Below, piece after piece: positions 20,428 to 31,217 of a stretch of 64,000 nt of DNA; within the stretch, counting starts at the first letter, position 1; each line of letters begins with the position of its first letter. The notes below the pieces were generated by a model. The model searched no databases. It saw nothing but the letters and a program-made list of their open reading frames with translations, and had not been told where the DNA came from. Made by a program: the position numbers and the translations under genes. This stretch comes from Candidatus Melainabacteria bacterium 17Bon1m (GTDB taxonomy: Bacteria; Cyanobacteriota; Vampirovibrionia; Obscuribacterales; Obscuribacteraceae): the NCBI GenBank assembly GCA_032128875.1, contig JAVLKG010000007.1:96001-160000 (forward strand), read 5' to 3'.

Positions 20428-23025
20428 TTAGCCCTTCGAAGCTTTTGCTTCTTCAGACTTATCTTCTTTGTCGGCTTTGTCGGCCTTTTCACCTTTTTCA
20501 GGCTTTTCGGCTTTCTCTGCTTTCTCAGCCTTTTCGGCCTTTTCAGGCTTTTCAGCTTTTTCTGGCTTCACCGATTTTTTCTCGTTCTTTTCAAAACGGA
20601 TAACATCGTTTTCGATCACAGTCTCGATGTAATCGCCTTCTTTGAAGCGACCTTGCAAGACTTGCTCAGCCAGATTGTCTTCCAACAAGCGCTGGATAGC
20701 GCGACGCAGAGGACGTGCACCGTAAGCTGGGTTGTAGCCTTCCTTGGCGATCAAGTCCTTCGACTCGTCGTTGACGAAAAGCTCCATTCCTTGAGCCTTG
20801 ATGCGAGCTCCGAGATCGGCGGACATGATGTCCACGATCTGACGAATTTCTTCGCGAGTGAGCTGTTGGAATACGATGATTTCATCGATACGGTTCAAGA
20901 ATTCCGGTCTGAACGTCTTCTTCATGGCGTCCATGACCAGGTCTTTGATCTTCTTGTACTTCTCTTCCAACTGACCTTCGACTGCCTTGGCTTGGAAACC
21001 GAGAGTCAGTGAGGTTTTGTCGATGAATTGAGCACCGACGTTGGAGGTCATGATGATGATCGTGTTCTTGAAGTCGACCGTTCTGCCCTTACTGTCGGAC
21101 AAGCGACCGTCATCGAGAATTTGCAGCAATACGTTGAATACGTCTGGGTGCGCTTTTTCGATTTCGTCGAAGAGCACTACCGAATACGGTTTGCGACGTA
21201 CTGCTTCGGTGAGCTGACCACCTTCCTGGTAGCCGACGTATCCCGGAGGAGAGCCGATCAATTTGGAAGTAGTGTGGTGCTCCATGAACTCTGACATGTC
21301 GATACGGATAAGCGCATCTTCAGAGCCGAAGAAGTAGCCGGCAAGTGCCTTGGCCAGTTCGGTTTTACCAACACCGGTAGGTCCGGAGAAGATGAATGAA
21401 CCGATCGGGCGCATCGGGTTTTTTAAACCGACACGAGCACGTCTGATGGCTTTGCAAACAGCGGTAACAGCTTCGTCTTGGCCGATGACGCGTTGGTGCA
21501 GAACATCGGACATGTGGAGCAGTTTTTCGGATTCGCCCTCGGTCAATTTCAGCAAAGGAATGCCAGTCCAGGAGCTGACTACGTAAGCAACTTCTTCGGC
21601 AGTTACGATAGGCTTTTCAGTTTCTTGCTTGGCTTTCCATGCAGCTTGAATTTCGCGAATCTTTTCGCTGAGCTTTGTCTCTTGTTCGCGTAGTGAAGCT
21701 GCTTTTTCGAACTCTTGGTTGCGAATTGCCATTTCTTTGTCGCGACGAACTTTTCTCAATTCACGCTCTACTTCTTTGCCTTCAGGCGGCAAGGACGATG
21801 CGCGCAAACGTACACGGGATGAAGCTTCGTCGATCAAGTCGATTGCTTTATCCGGAAGGAAGCGGTCGCTGATGTAACGATCGGAAAGCTTGGATGCTTG
21901 CTCGATAGCTTCATCGGAGATGACCAATCTGTGGTGCTCTTCGTACTTCTGGCGAAGACCGCGCAAGATTTCGATGGTTTCTTCGACCGACGGAGGATCG
22001 ATGATAACCGGCTGGAATCTGCGTTCCAATGCAGCATCGCGTTCGATGTGCTTGCGGTACTCGTCCATTGTGGTGGCGCCGATGCACTGTAGTTCGCCAC
22101 GTGCAAGCGCCGGCTTCAAGATGTTTGCAGCGTCGATAGCACCTTCTGCGGCGCCTGCGCCGATCAGTGTGTGCAATTCGTCAATGACCAGCATTACGTT
22201 GCCGGCAGCGCGAATTTCGTCCATGATCTTCTTCAAGCGCTCTTCGAATTCGCCGCGGTACTTGGTACCAGCGACGAGAAGACCGATATCGAGCATGACG
22301 ATTTTCTTCTCGGACAAAATGTCCGGCACGTCAGCATTAACGATGCGGATTGCAAGACCTTCTGCGATAGCTGTTTTACCAACACCAGGCTCCCCGATGA
22401 GAACTGGGTTGTTCTTGGTACGACGACCAAGGATTTGGATAACGCGCTCGATTTCCTTTTCACGACCGACAACAGGATCGAGTCTGTTTTCCGACGCTGC
22501 TTGAGTCAGGTTGAGACCAAACTCGTCGAGGGTCGGGGTTTTCGATCTGCCGGTCGAGGTGGAAGTACCGCCAGAAGCAGTAGCTGCACCGGACTCTCCG
22601 AGCAATCTAATAACGTGTGAGCGGACCTTTGTGAGGTCTACGCCGAGGTTTTCCAGTACGCGGGCTGCAACACCCTCGCCTTCACGGATGAGACCCAACA
22701 GGAGGTGCTCAGTACCGATGTAGTTGTGTCCAAGCTGACGAGCTTCGTCCCAAGACAACTCGAGCACGCGTTTGGCGCGCGGAGTAAATGGAATTTCAAC
22801 GGCAACGAAACCAGAGCCGCGACCGATGATTTTTTCGACTTCGACGCGAGCGTCTTTCAGATTGACACCCATGGATTTGAGCGTCTTCGCCGCAATACCC
22901 GTTCCCTCTCCGATCAATCCAAGCAAAATCTGCTCGGTACCGACGAAATTGTGACCAAGTCGACGTGCTTCCTCTTGAGCAAGCATGATGACCTTGATGG
23001 CCTTCTCGGTAAACCTTTCAAACAT
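20428..23025 (-). CDS. clpC: ATP-dependent Clp protease ATP-binding subunit ClpC
   Basis: [33 protein letters not shown]-domain; two Walker A motifs ([16 protein letters not shown]); UVR coil; LGF loop; GARPLRR. Confidence 0.97.
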   Translation of the reverse strand: MFERFTEKAIKVIMLAQEEARRLGHNFVGTEQILLGLIGEGTGIAAKTLKSMGVNLKDARVEVEKIIGRGSGFVAVEIPFTPRAKRVLELSWDEARQLGHNYIGTEHLLLGLIREGEGVAARVLENLGVDLTKVRSHVIRLLGESGAATASGGTSTSTGRSKTPTLDEFGLNLTQAASENRLDPVVGREKEIERVIQILGRRTKNNPVLIGEPGVGKTAIAEGLAIRIVNADVPDILSEKKIVMLDIGLLVAGTKYRGEFEERLKKIMDEIRAAGNVMLVIDELHTLIGAGAAEGAIDAANILKPALARGELQCIGATTMDEYRKHIERDAALERRFQPVIIDPPSVEETIEILRGLRQKYEEHHRLVISDEAIEQASKLSDRYISDRFLPDKAIDLIDEASSRVRLRASSLPPEGKEVERELRKVRRDKEMAIRNQEFEKAASLREQETKLSEKIREIQAAWKAKQETEKPIVTAEEVAYVVSSWTGIPLLKLTEGESEKLLHMSDVLHQRVIGQDEAVTAVCKAIRRARVGLKNPMRPIGSFIFSGPTGVGKTELAKALAGYFFGSEDALIRIDMSEFMEHHTTSKLIGSPPGYVGYQEGGQLTEAVRRKPYSVVLFDEIEKAHPDVFNVLLQILDDGRLSDSKGRTVDFKNTIIIMTSNVGAQFIDKTSLTLGFQAKAVEGQLEEKYKKIKDLVMDAMKKTFRPEFLNRIDEIIVFQQLTREEIRQIVDIMSADLGARIKAQGMELFVNDESKDLIAKEGYNPAYGARPLRRAIQRLLEDNLAEQVLQGRFKEGDYIETVIENDVIRFEKNEKKSVKPEKAEKPEKAEKAEKAEKAEKPEKGEKADKADKEDKSEEAKASKG

Positions 23026-23399
23026 GGCGGGTCGAGCCTCCTGAACTCCGCTAATTAGCGTCCGTAGTATGTTTTTGATGGACGTTTTAAGTGACCTTAT
23101 TCTAACATCAGCATGGGATGAGGGTTGTAAGTCCGCTCCCGTTTTCCTGTGGCTAATTAGACTTGCAAGAAGGTCAAGACCAGACGTTTGTTCCCAAAAC
23201 AGTGATTAATTGGGACTTTGCCTTTTCAAGAACTCTGCGAGCCTGCCACATTAATCATGAGGCGTGGCGGGGGTTATAGCGAAACCCTTTAGGATTATTT
23301 CGCTATACAGCGCATAGAAACCCGCCTATACCAATCGGATCGCCATTTGGCAACCAGCGGCCTTTGCGGTATCCAGTGGGTTACTACCTAAAAGCCGCA

Positions 23400-23485
23400 A
23401 GGGCGATGCATGGCATCGCCCCTACAGTATGTTTTGAAATGTCGGCAAGCCGATGGCCTGGTGGGCGCGTGCAAGGCGCCCCGAC
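23400..23485. repeat. REP-like palindromes downstream of topA
   Basis: AGGGCGATGCATGGCATCGCCCCTAC and a degenerate GGGCGCGTGCAAGGCGCCCCGAC. Confidence 0.6.
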
Positions 23486-23492
23486 GAACAGT

Positions 23493-25835
23493 CTACGCGT
23501 GTTTCTCTTCACCCGTGATCGGTTGAGCGAACGTGCATTCCTTGTTGGAGCAAGCGATTTGGTCGCCACGCTTCAATGTTTTGTAGATGAGCATGGTGCC
23601 GCATGATGGGCACTTGTTCGAATTGTTTGGTCCACCAGAGATTACTGGCGGATACCAGTAAGCCGATGTGCACTGATTCTTCGAATACATGCTGCAACCG
23701 TAGAAGATTTTTCCACGACGCGACTTCTTCTCGACAATGTCGCCACCGCACTCTGCGCGCGGGCATTTGACACCGGTGAGTTTGAGAATAGGTCTCTGCT
23801 CGGTGCACTCTTCCTTGGAGCAGGCGAGGTAATCACCGTAGCGACCGTATCTAATCAACATGCTAGCGCCGCAAGTTGTGCACTTTTCTTCCGAAGGTCT
23901 ATCTTCCGGAACAGGGGTTCCTTCCTTGGTGAGCGCGATCTTCGTTGTGCACTCAGGGTACTTGATGCAACCCAAGAATTGACCGAAGCGCGAAGAACGA
24001 ATAGCCATTTGCTCTCCGCAAGCAGGGCACTGCTGATCGCTGAGAATAATGACCTTGTTCATGTTCTCTTCGGCCTTCTTCAGTGTTTCACCGAAGGGCT
24101 GATAGAACTCTTTGAGCATGCCATGCCAGTCGACTTGATCTTCTTCAATCATGTCGAGCTTCTGCTCCATGTCGCGCGTGAAGGTGACATCAACGATGCC
24201 ACTGAAGTGCTCCACGAGCAAGAGGTTGACGGCTTTTCCAAGTTTTGTCGGAACTAGCGTTTTGTTGACGCGCTCAACATATTTGCGATCCACGATTGTG
24301 GTTACAGTCGCTGCGTATGTTGATGGTCTGCCAATACCTTCCTCTTCCAATGTCTTAACCAGACTCGCTTCAGAGAAACGCGGCGGTGGCTGCGTGAAGT
24401 GCTGATTGGGTTTTATGTCTTTCAGCTTCAAGGCTTCGCCTTTGGAAAGTTCTGGCAAACTTTGCGTTTCACCGCTCATTTCACCATCTTCTGCATTTTC
24501 ACTATCGGTTTCAGAAACCGCCGATTTTGTCGGACGGTTATAGACGATGGTGAATCCAGCAAATTTGGTTTCCGTAGCAGATGCACGGAAAACAGCATCA
24601 CCAGCTGAGATTTCAGCGGTACGAGTGAGCAATTCGGCTGCCGACATTTGGCTAGCCATGAATCTTTCCCAAATCAATTTATATAGTTTGAACTGGTCAT
24701 TGCTCAAATACTGCTTGATAGATTCCGGCGAATTTTCAGGAGAGGTCGGACGAATTGCTTCGTGAGCGTCCTGAACATTCTTGGCTTTGCGTGTATATAC
24801 TCTCGGCTTATCCGGGCAATACTCTTTGCCATAGCGATTCTTGATATATTCGAGCGCTTCTTCCTGCGCTGATTCTGCAACACGAGTCGAATCGGTTCTC
24901 ATATATGTGATAAGACCGGTAGCGCCTGCTGCACCGAGCTCCACGCCTTCATAAAGGGTTTGAGCAACTTGCATAGTTTTCTTCACAGCATAACCAAGTG
25001 CCGTTGATGCTTCCCGCTGCAATGTTGAAGTGATGAATGGCGGAGATGGTTGTCTCTGGCTGGTCTTCTCAGTCAGAGAGCTGACTTTGAACTCTTCACT
25101 TTCAATTGCTTTGAGAATTTTGTTGGCAGCTTTTTCGCTGTCAATAATCATCGTATTGGCTGCGGACTTTTCCGATGCAGCAATTACACGTTTGCCGTCG
25201 TACTTATATAAAGGCGCGATAAACGCTTGCTTGGATCTCGAACGTGAAAGTTCGGCTTTGATGGACCAATACTCTTTGGCATCAAAGCTTTCAATTTCCG
25301 CTTCGCGCTCGCAGATCAGGCGCACGGCAACTGATTGCACGCGTCCTGCCGAACGTCCGTTTACTTTTCTCCAGAGAAGCGGACTGATTTTGTAGCCCAC
25401 CAATCTATCCAAAACACGGCGCGCTTGCTGCGCATCTACCAGACGCTTGTCAATTTTGCGCGGTGACTTGATCGCTGCCAGGATGGCGTTCTTTGTGATT
25501 TCGTTAAATTCGATGCGATGTACTTTTTTATTAGGCAATTCCAGAATTTCTGACAAGTGCCAAGCGATGGCCTCACCTTCACGGTCAGGGTCAGGCGCGA
25601 GATAGACTTGTTCTGCCTCGTCGGCCGCCTCTTTGAGCTCTTTTACGATCGGCTCTTTTTCTTTCAGAATCTCATATAAAGGCTCGAAATTCTTGCGCAC
25701 GTTGACGCCTAGCTTATTGCGCGGCAAATCCCGCACGTGACCAACACTGGCTTTTACGTGAAAATCTTTGCCAAGGATTTTTGAAATCGTCTTGGCTTTG
25801 TGCGGAGACTCAACAATAACTAGATATTTCGCCAT
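23493..25835 (-). CDS. topA: DNA topoisomerase I with C-terminal zinc ribbons
   Basis: IVESPHKAK, DPDREGE TOPRIM motif, SAGRVQS, ITYMRTDS catalytic Tyr, GIGRPSTY, several C4 zinc ribbons. Confidence 0.97.
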   Translation of the reverse strand: MAKYLVIVESPHKAKTISKILGKDFHVKASVGHVRDLPRNKLGVNVRKNFEPLYEILKEKEPIVKELKEAADEAEQVYLAPDPDREGEAIAWHLSEILELPNKKVHRIEFNEITKNAILAAIKSPRKIDKRLVDAQQARRVLDRLVGYKISPLLWRKVNGRSAGRVQSVAVRLICEREAEIESFDAKEYWSIKAELSRSRSKQAFIAPLYKYDGKRVIAASEKSAANTMIIDSEKAANKILKAIESEEFKVSSLTEKTSQRQPSPPFITSTLQREASTALGYAVKKTMQVAQTLYEGVELGAAGATGLITYMRTDSTRVAESAQEEALEYIKNRYGKEYCPDKPRVYTRKAKNVQDAHEAIRPTSPENSPESIKQYLSNDQFKLYKLIWERFMASQMSAAELLTRTAEISAGDAVFRASATETKFAGFTIVYNRPTKSAVSETDSENAEDGEMSGETQSLPELSKGEALKLKDIKPNQHFTQPPPRFSEASLVKTLEEEGIGRPSTYAATVTTIVDRKYVERVNKTLVPTKLGKAVNLLLVEHFSGIVDVTFTRDMEQKLDMIEEDQVDWHGMLKEFYQPFGETLKKAEENMNKVIILSDQQCPACGEQMAIRSSRFGQFLGCIKYPECTTKIALTKEGTPVPEDRPSEEKCTTCGASMLIRYGRYGDYLACSKEECTEQRPILKLTGVKCPRAECGGDIVEKKSRRGKIFYGCSMYSKNQCTSAYWYPPVISGGPNNSNKCPSCGTMLIYKTLKRGDQIACSNKECTFAQPITGEEKHA

Positions 25836-26054
25836 TTGAAACGCGGCACCTCGGAACTGCAACCTGTCAAGATATGCGGACAGTTCGGTACTATAACACG
25901 GTCGTCAACCCCCCTCTAAAAATCGGCCCAGCCGAAAGGTACCCCAATTTTTGAAAGATGAACACGAATATTTTCTAGTTACACCAAGGGTTTTAAGCAA
26001 AACCACAGGTCGGGATAAAACCCATCTTTTGCAAACCGAAAATTTTGCTCACTT

Positions 26055-26660
26055 TCAGGGCTTCGAGTACATCCCGACAACCTTGTCTAAAACAGCCTTG
26101 GAGACCACGCTAGAACCCGCTAAGAAAGCCATTCTGCCGAGGTCTTCTTCGGGATCTTCTTCTCCATTACGCGCGTCGCTTGAGATCTCGTCACTTTTGT
26201 CGTAAGCGAAACGGATAGTCAGATGGTCCAACTCATCTAGATAGGAGATATGTTCGCCATCGATTTTGATCAATTTGAACAACTCACTCCATTCAATTAC
26301 ACAAACCATCTTTCCATTGATGAACTCGTCCAGCTCCAAGAGAAGCTGATCTCCGAGCGCTTGCGCCTCGCTTTCACTTGACTCGCTCAAACGATATAGA
26401 TCGAGATGGTAAAGAGGAAGTCTTCCTGAATGGTATTCATTCAGCATAGTAAAGGTAGGGCTTTGCACAACTTCTTTGACGCCCAGACCCTGCGCCAGTC
26501 CTTTGACAAACGTGGTTTTGCCAGCGCCGAGCGGACCCTCCAGCGCGATCACACAAGAATCATTTATAGATTTACCGAACAGCTCACCCAGAAGAATAGT
26601 CTTCTGTCTGCCATCCAACTTCAGATTCACTTTCGTTGTCTTCTGTTCACCGGAGCGCAT
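26055..26660 (-). CDS. tsaE: tRNA threonylcarbamoyladenosine biosynthesis ATPase TsaE
   Basis: GPLGAGKTT, SPTF, HLDLYR, IEW. Confidence 0.93.
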   Translation of the reverse strand: MRSGEQKTTKVNLKLDGRQKTILLGELFGKSINDSCVIALEGPLGAGKTTFVKGLAQGLGVKEVVQSPTFTMLNEYHSGRLPLYHLDLYRLSESSESEAQALGDQLLLELDEFINGKMVCVIEWSELFKLIKIDGEHISYLDELDHLTIRFAYDKSDEISSDARNGEEDPEEDLGRMAFLAGSSVVSKAVLDKVVGMYSKP

Positions 26661-26692
26661 CTCGAATTGCGAAGTTCCGGAATAAATAGATG

Positions 26693-26893
26693 GTCCCAGT
26701 CCCGAACAAGAATGAGTTTTGACCCGGAATGTTCCAGGTGGGGAACCTCCTAAACGGTTTACCGTTTCCTACTTCCTGTTTGTAAGGACTTGCGTCCGCA
26801 GGCTCATAGGTATACGTGGCCATCTCGAGTCGGAACCCCGAATACTCAATTCTGTAGGACAAAACTTTTTGAATTTCTGTCCAAGACTGAGAC
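26693..26893 (-). ncRNA. ssrS: Probable 6S RNA
   Basis: ~200 nt; 5' GTCTCAGTCTTGGACAG pairs with 3' TTGTTCGGGACTGGGAC (17 bp including GU pairs); CCCACCTG...CGGGTCAAAAC resembles the conserved 3' 6S segment; has its own near-consensus sigma70 promoter. Confidence 0.75.
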
Positions 26894-26900
26894 TAACCGC

Positions 26901-26929
26901 ATCATAGAGAAGTGGCTTAGACCTGTCAA
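26901..26929 (-). promoter_or_regulatory. Sigma70-type promoter of the 6S RNA
   Basis: TTGACA-17 bp-TATGAT on the minus strand, ending 7 nt before the closing stem. Confidence 0.8.
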
Positions 26930-27055
26930 CAAAGGGTAAAGACAAAGATTTGGCAAGACCCTGAAAGAAAGAATTTTCGTGTTTGCAAAATGCGTTAGAG
27001 CCACCAGTCCCAGTGGCATACCGTAATAATGTGCGGTCGACGCAATTCGTCGGCC

Positions 27056-27697
27056 CTACAGTAACTGCTTAATGCGCTCTTTGTACTTTTCAGTAAGAGT
27101 GCCAACCTCTTTCCGTGCCGGCAACCAATAAGTTTTTCCACCTGGATAGACCGGCTCTTTAACAGCCTTTCCCGCGGTACCCTCACTAATCGTCGGAGTC
27201 ATATTGTTGATTTCGTAAATAGCTTCCAGGGGAATGTCAGAACCGTATTTTTTTTGCGCCACCGCATATAGTGTCTCATCCCAATTTATTGTTACGAATG
27301 AGCGTTGCTTATCATCAGCGCTGCCAGGCTCGCAAACATTGTGTTCATCAGGACTTTCAAGTTGTGGATGCAACTCATCCATCAATGAATAAAACTCTTT
27401 CTCAAGCCTTTCCACTTCAGACCAGGCAGGAAAAACATAAGCGTTCCCGGCAAAATAAACAGGGTCAAGCAGCCTGCGAAGCCCGTTTTCATAGACAACC
27501 GAAGGCTTTAACCCATTCGCTTGAAAAATCGCAGCGATCGGATGTTTTCCCTCATACTTCAATTCGCTCAGTTGCCAGAGTGTTTCGCCACGCTCTACAA
27601 CAACCTCGACGCGCTCATTCTTTCCGCCAAGACGCTTGTCCAGACTCGCTTTCCGGCCGCTGTCATCGGAATTTGGTGTAGTTTTTTTCTCAGACAT
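27056..27697 (-). CDS. Protein with two LysM-like domains
   Basis: GETLWQLS..Y....AIFQAN...P..G..Y.FP and DETLYAVA..Y....AIYEIN...P..G..Y.LP. Confidence 0.75.
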   Translation of the reverse strand: MSEKKTTPNSDDSGRKASLDKRLGGKNERVEVVVERGETLWQLSELKYEGKHPIAAIFQANGLKPSVVYENGLRRLLDPVYFAGNAYVFPAWSEVERLEKEFYSLMDELHPQLESPDEHNVCEPGSADDKQRSFVTINWDETLYAVAQKKYGSDIPLEAIYEINNMTPTISEGTAGKAVKEPVYPGGKTYWLPARKEVGTLTEKYKERIKQLL

Positions 27698-28860
27698 TAT
27701 TTCTTGTCCAAAACCTTGCCGCTTACAGAATGCTCTGGCTCTTGCTTGGCCGGAACGCCAGTGTCGGTTGGCAGTTTTCCATTCTCGCCCGCGCTTTGAC
27801 CTGCCGGAGGTCCCCCTGGCTCGCCGGTTTCGGCTGCCGGCACATCGGGCGCCTGCGGATATTGGTGCGGACGAATTCGCGCCACGGAGTTGTGAACTTC
27901 CGGCGAAGGGCTTGGCACAACACCGAAGTTTCGCACGTACAAGCCGGTTCCTTCCGCGCGCATTTTCACACGGTCTTTCAGACGGCTAGTTGAAAGCTGG
28001 CTTTCCAAGCTATCAGCGACTTCATCAAGTGCGGCCTGACGATCTTGGCTGTATTGCTTAAATTTCTGCGAACGCTCTTGCGCTTCTGCTCTAATGCGCG
28101 CAGCATCGGCATCAGCCTTCTTACGAATGTCAGCGCAGATTTCTCTACGCCTTTCCATTTCTGTTGCTCGCGCTTGTTCTAGGACAGCGTTAGTTACAAA
28201 CATACCGCCAGTCCCAGTCATGCTGACCAAATTTACAGGAGCGTCCATAATTGCCTTACACTCGGCAATCGCATCATCCAAAATCTTTTTGGCTGCTCCT
28301 TCTCCAGACTTTATGACATTACTTCCAAAGACGTCTGCTGATTGCTTATGGCGACTCTTCTCAAAGTCCGCCTGACGTCGAATGGTGTCAACGGCTCTAT
28401 TCAAATGCTGCGGAGCGTTGTGCGAAATCGTGTCGGAGGGTTGCATCGCTACTTTTCGGGCAACCGGCCTTCGAGCTGCAAACAGTTCTGCATCATTAGG
28501 GACTGCCATTCCGTAACCTAAAAGCGCACGGCGACAATATCCTGAAACCGGGCCAAAAGGATCGAGTCGGTAGGCTGCGTCGTATTCACGTTGCGCATCT
28601 TCATGCCGGTTGAGGTGAACGTAGCAATTCGCCAAATAGTAACGAGAAGTCGCATCATTAGGCGACTTTGACACAGCTCGCTCAAGCGGACCTAACGCCA
28701 TCGAATAACGGCGAGCCTGGAATTGACGCATGCCTTCTTCCAATGGAGCGTTGAGCGCCGCCGCCGAAACCGACTGGACCTGAGCGAATAAAAGAACGCC
28801 GAAAGTTGCAGCAATAATGCCGGAAGATGGCGAAAAAGGTAGTAGTGACCGTTTAGGCAT
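27697..28860 (-). CDS. Exported TPR / coiled-coil protein
   Basis: Signal peptide; TPR pair (SPNDATSRYYLANCY); long coiled coil; start placed at MPKRS. Confidence 0.78.
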   Translation of the reverse strand: MPKRSLLPFSPSSGIIAATFGVLLFAQVQSVSAAALNAPLEEGMRQFQARRYSMALGPLERAVSKSPNDATSRYYLANCYVHLNRHEDAQREYDAAYRLDPFGPVSGYCRRALLGYGMAVPNDAELFAARRPVARKVAMQPSDTISHNAPQHLNRAVDTIRRQADFEKSRHKQSADVFGSNVIKSGEGAAKKILDDAIAECKAIMDAPVNLVSMTGTGGMFVTNAVLEQARATEMERRREICADIRKKADADAARIRAEAQERSQKFKQYSQDRQAALDEVADSLESQLSTSRLKDRVKMRAEGTGLYVRNFGVVPSPSPEVHNSVARIRPHQYPQAPDVPAAETGEPGGPPAGQSAGENGKLPTDTGVPAKQEPEHSVSGKVLDKK

Positions 28861-29148
28861 AACCAAGTTGGGCTGATTTAACCGAAGCACTATGTTGTCA
28901 TTATGGCACCGAAGTGCCCAGAACAAAAGTAAAACCGTAAATACCCGAGCGTTAAGGGCGCTCAATTGGTTCGGCCGGTTCGACCTTTCATCGGACTTTT
29001 AGCTGGTTGAGTGACAGACTTGGCACGTAATTAAAAGCAGACGCAATCTAAAAGAGCGATGTTCCCACCTTGGAGATTAGATTTCCCAGGTCGCTGAACT
29101 AGATTTGGTATAAATGCCCGGCGATGAGCAGCGCTTGCCAAATATGGA

Positions 29149-30213
29149 TTATCTGAAATCCAAGAATCCGCGTGTTTTCAACCACCACAAGAGACCGCCA
29201 GACACACACATCATCGCAGCTAGGCAAATGTAGTAACCCCAAGTCAGATGTACTTCGGGAATCTGAAAGTTCATGCCATAAATCCCCGCAATCAAAGTCG
29301 GCGGGAGGAATAGCGTGGCAATAATAGTTAGAATCATGGTCGTTTCGTTCGTGCGCAGACCGAGCCCCGAAACGTACACGTCCATTAGGTTGTAAGACAT
29401 TGAGCGATAGGTTTCGAACATCCTCACCAGCGACATCGCTTCGTCATGACAATATCCTAGTTCTTGCCGCCCCTTCTCAGTAATCACATGGCAGCGGCAG
29501 CGTGACAGCGAAAGCACGACTGTTTCAACAGGCCAGACTGTATTGAGAAAAATCCAAATTACTTGCTGAGCACGATTAATGAGCTGCAGCTCCTGCTTAC
29601 CTGGGTGTTTGATGATGCGGCTTTGAATGGTTTCAAGCTTAGTCCCGCCCACCTTCAATACTTCAATATAGGTATGAATGATGTCTTCAATCAAATGCGC
29701 TGAAAGTCTATCCACAGTGTAGCCTTGCAGGCTCTCAGCACGCGCCATTAGTCGATCCACAGTTACCCCGAATGCTACATCGTGACTAAACTGCCTTGTG
29801 ATAATGACGTGTTCAGTCATAAAGAAATTGATCACTTCAATGGCTTCCACGACCTCACCCACCGACGGGCGCTGCAATGTCCAGAAAAGCCCGTTGTGAA
29901 ACTCATCAAAGAAAGAGCGATGATGAGGCCAACGCAGCAGCTTTTGCTGTTCATCCGACAGATCCATAAACTTGGCCAATTCACGCCAAAACTCGTCGCC
30001 GAGCGTACCAGTAACATGCAGCCAGCAAATTCCGTTTTCGCCGCGGTCAGAGCAAATGTTGTCGAAATCCAAAAATGGTCGAACATTCAGCCCATTCTCA
30101 TTCAACAAATAATATTGAATACGCGGCTCGACTCTATCGGGCAAGCACGGATTCATCTCGAACGTGTTGAAGTCGAACGATTGGCGACCGTGGCTAAAAG
30201 GAAGTTCTTTCAT
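29149..30213 (-). CDS. corA: CorA-family Mg2+/Co2+ transporter
   Basis: PPTLIAGIYGMNF signature and two C-terminal TMs; start uncertain (ORF is open to 30270). Confidence 0.9.
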   Translation of the reverse strand: MKELPFSHGRQSFDFNTFEMNPCLPDRVEPRIQYYLLNENGLNVRPFLDFDNICSDRGENGICWLHVTGTLGDEFWRELAKFMDLSDEQQKLLRWPHHRSFFDEFHNGLFWTLQRPSVGEVVEAIEVINFFMTEHVIITRQFSHDVAFGVTVDRLMARAESLQGYTVDRLSAHLIEDIIHTYIEVLKVGGTKLETIQSRIIKHPGKQELQLINRAQQVIWIFLNTVWPVETVVLSLSRCRCHVITEKGRQELGYCHDEAMSLVRMFETYRSMSYNLMDVYVSGLGLRTNETTMILTIIATLFLPPTLIAGIYGMNFQIPEVHLTWGYYICLAAMMCVSGGLLWWLKTRGFLDFR

Positions 30214-30273
30214 CTGATTCTTGTATGTATCTTGAGATTCCGTCACTAAAGCAAGATAGTAGAATGACACAAA

Positions 30274-31203
30274 ATGACGACTTGGCAGATGGTTTTAGCA
30301 GGACAAATGAGAGTGAAGTTAACTAAGACATTGCGACTAGCTTGCAGTCTGCTCTTGTTGTCCGCCTTGGCGTCCCCATCTACGCACGCGTTTCCCTTCT
30401 TTCACAGAAAGGCGCCGGAAAAACCTGCAGAGGTAGAAACCGCACCAGTGACTCCTTCCGCCGCAAACACTGAAACAGAATCGAGAACGAACAGCAACTT
30501 TGCGCCGGCGGCACCGGCGTTTCGTCCTTACGGTTCAACAACACGTTCTAACAGTTCAATACACCAAAGCCCGACACCCACGGCTTCGACTACTCCCTCG
30601 ACTGCGCCTGCTTATCACCCAATCGAAAGGCGCACGCAGTTCACAGCACCTTCCACCGCGCCTTCATTCGGAGACGGACAAGGGGAGACCCTGCCGACCA
30701 ATGTCCAGCCAACCACTCCTCAACCAGGGCAACAGCAAATTCATAAACCACCGGATGTCCCCGAGCGCCCGCCGATACCGCCACCGCCTGCGGTGCAGGC
30801 TCCTTTGATGATTTTGAACGGTGATCCGACTCCATCTTTGTCGTGGCGTGCCGTGGCGTACAAACTATGGATTACGCCTGAATCACTGCCACCCAAACGT
30901 TCCAAAACACAGAGTTCTTTTCCTTATTCGTCATCAGTAACGATGAAAGCGCTAATCAAAGCTCTTAAGGAAGCAGGGTGGAATACAACCCAATTCAGCG
31001 CCTCTGCGGGTCATTTACTTGCAATAAAAGCAGATCCAGAATCCAACAAATTGAGATTGATTTTCGCCGCTCATCCGGGTGACGGCGGAAATACAGTTGT
31101 GCGAGTCGCGACGGATCCTGATTCGAAGAGCTTCGACAAAAATCAGTTAGAATCAATTCTTTCACGCGCACAAGATATTGCTGCACGCAATGATTTGCTT
31201 TAG
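30274..31203 (+). CDS. Hypothetical exported protein with a Pro/Thr-rich linker
   Basis: Signal peptide ending STHA; low-complexity middle; compact C-terminal domain; real start may be 30307. Confidence 0.72.
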   Translation: MTTWQMVLAGQMRVKLTKTLRLACSLLLLSALASPSTHAFPFFHRKAPEKPAEVETAPVTPSAANTETESRTNSNFAPAAPAFRPYGSTTRSNSSIHQSPTPTASTTPSTAPAYHPIERRTQFTAPSTAPSFGDGQGETLPTNVQPTTPQPGQQQIHKPPDVPERPPIPPPPAVQAPLMILNGDPTPSLSWRAVAYKLWITPESLPPKRSKTQSSFPYSSSVTMKALIKALKEAGWNTTQFSASAGHLLAIKADPESNKLRLIFAAHPGDGGNTVVRVATDPDSKSFDKNQLESILSRAQDIAARNDLL

Positions 31204-31217
31204 GTGGAGAAACTAAA

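Noticed and set aside
23275-23307. Inverted repeat TATAGCGAAA...TTTCGCTATA upstream of clpC
   Set aside because: It does not match CIRCE or CtsR boxes and has no T-run; it cannot be assigned as operator or terminator
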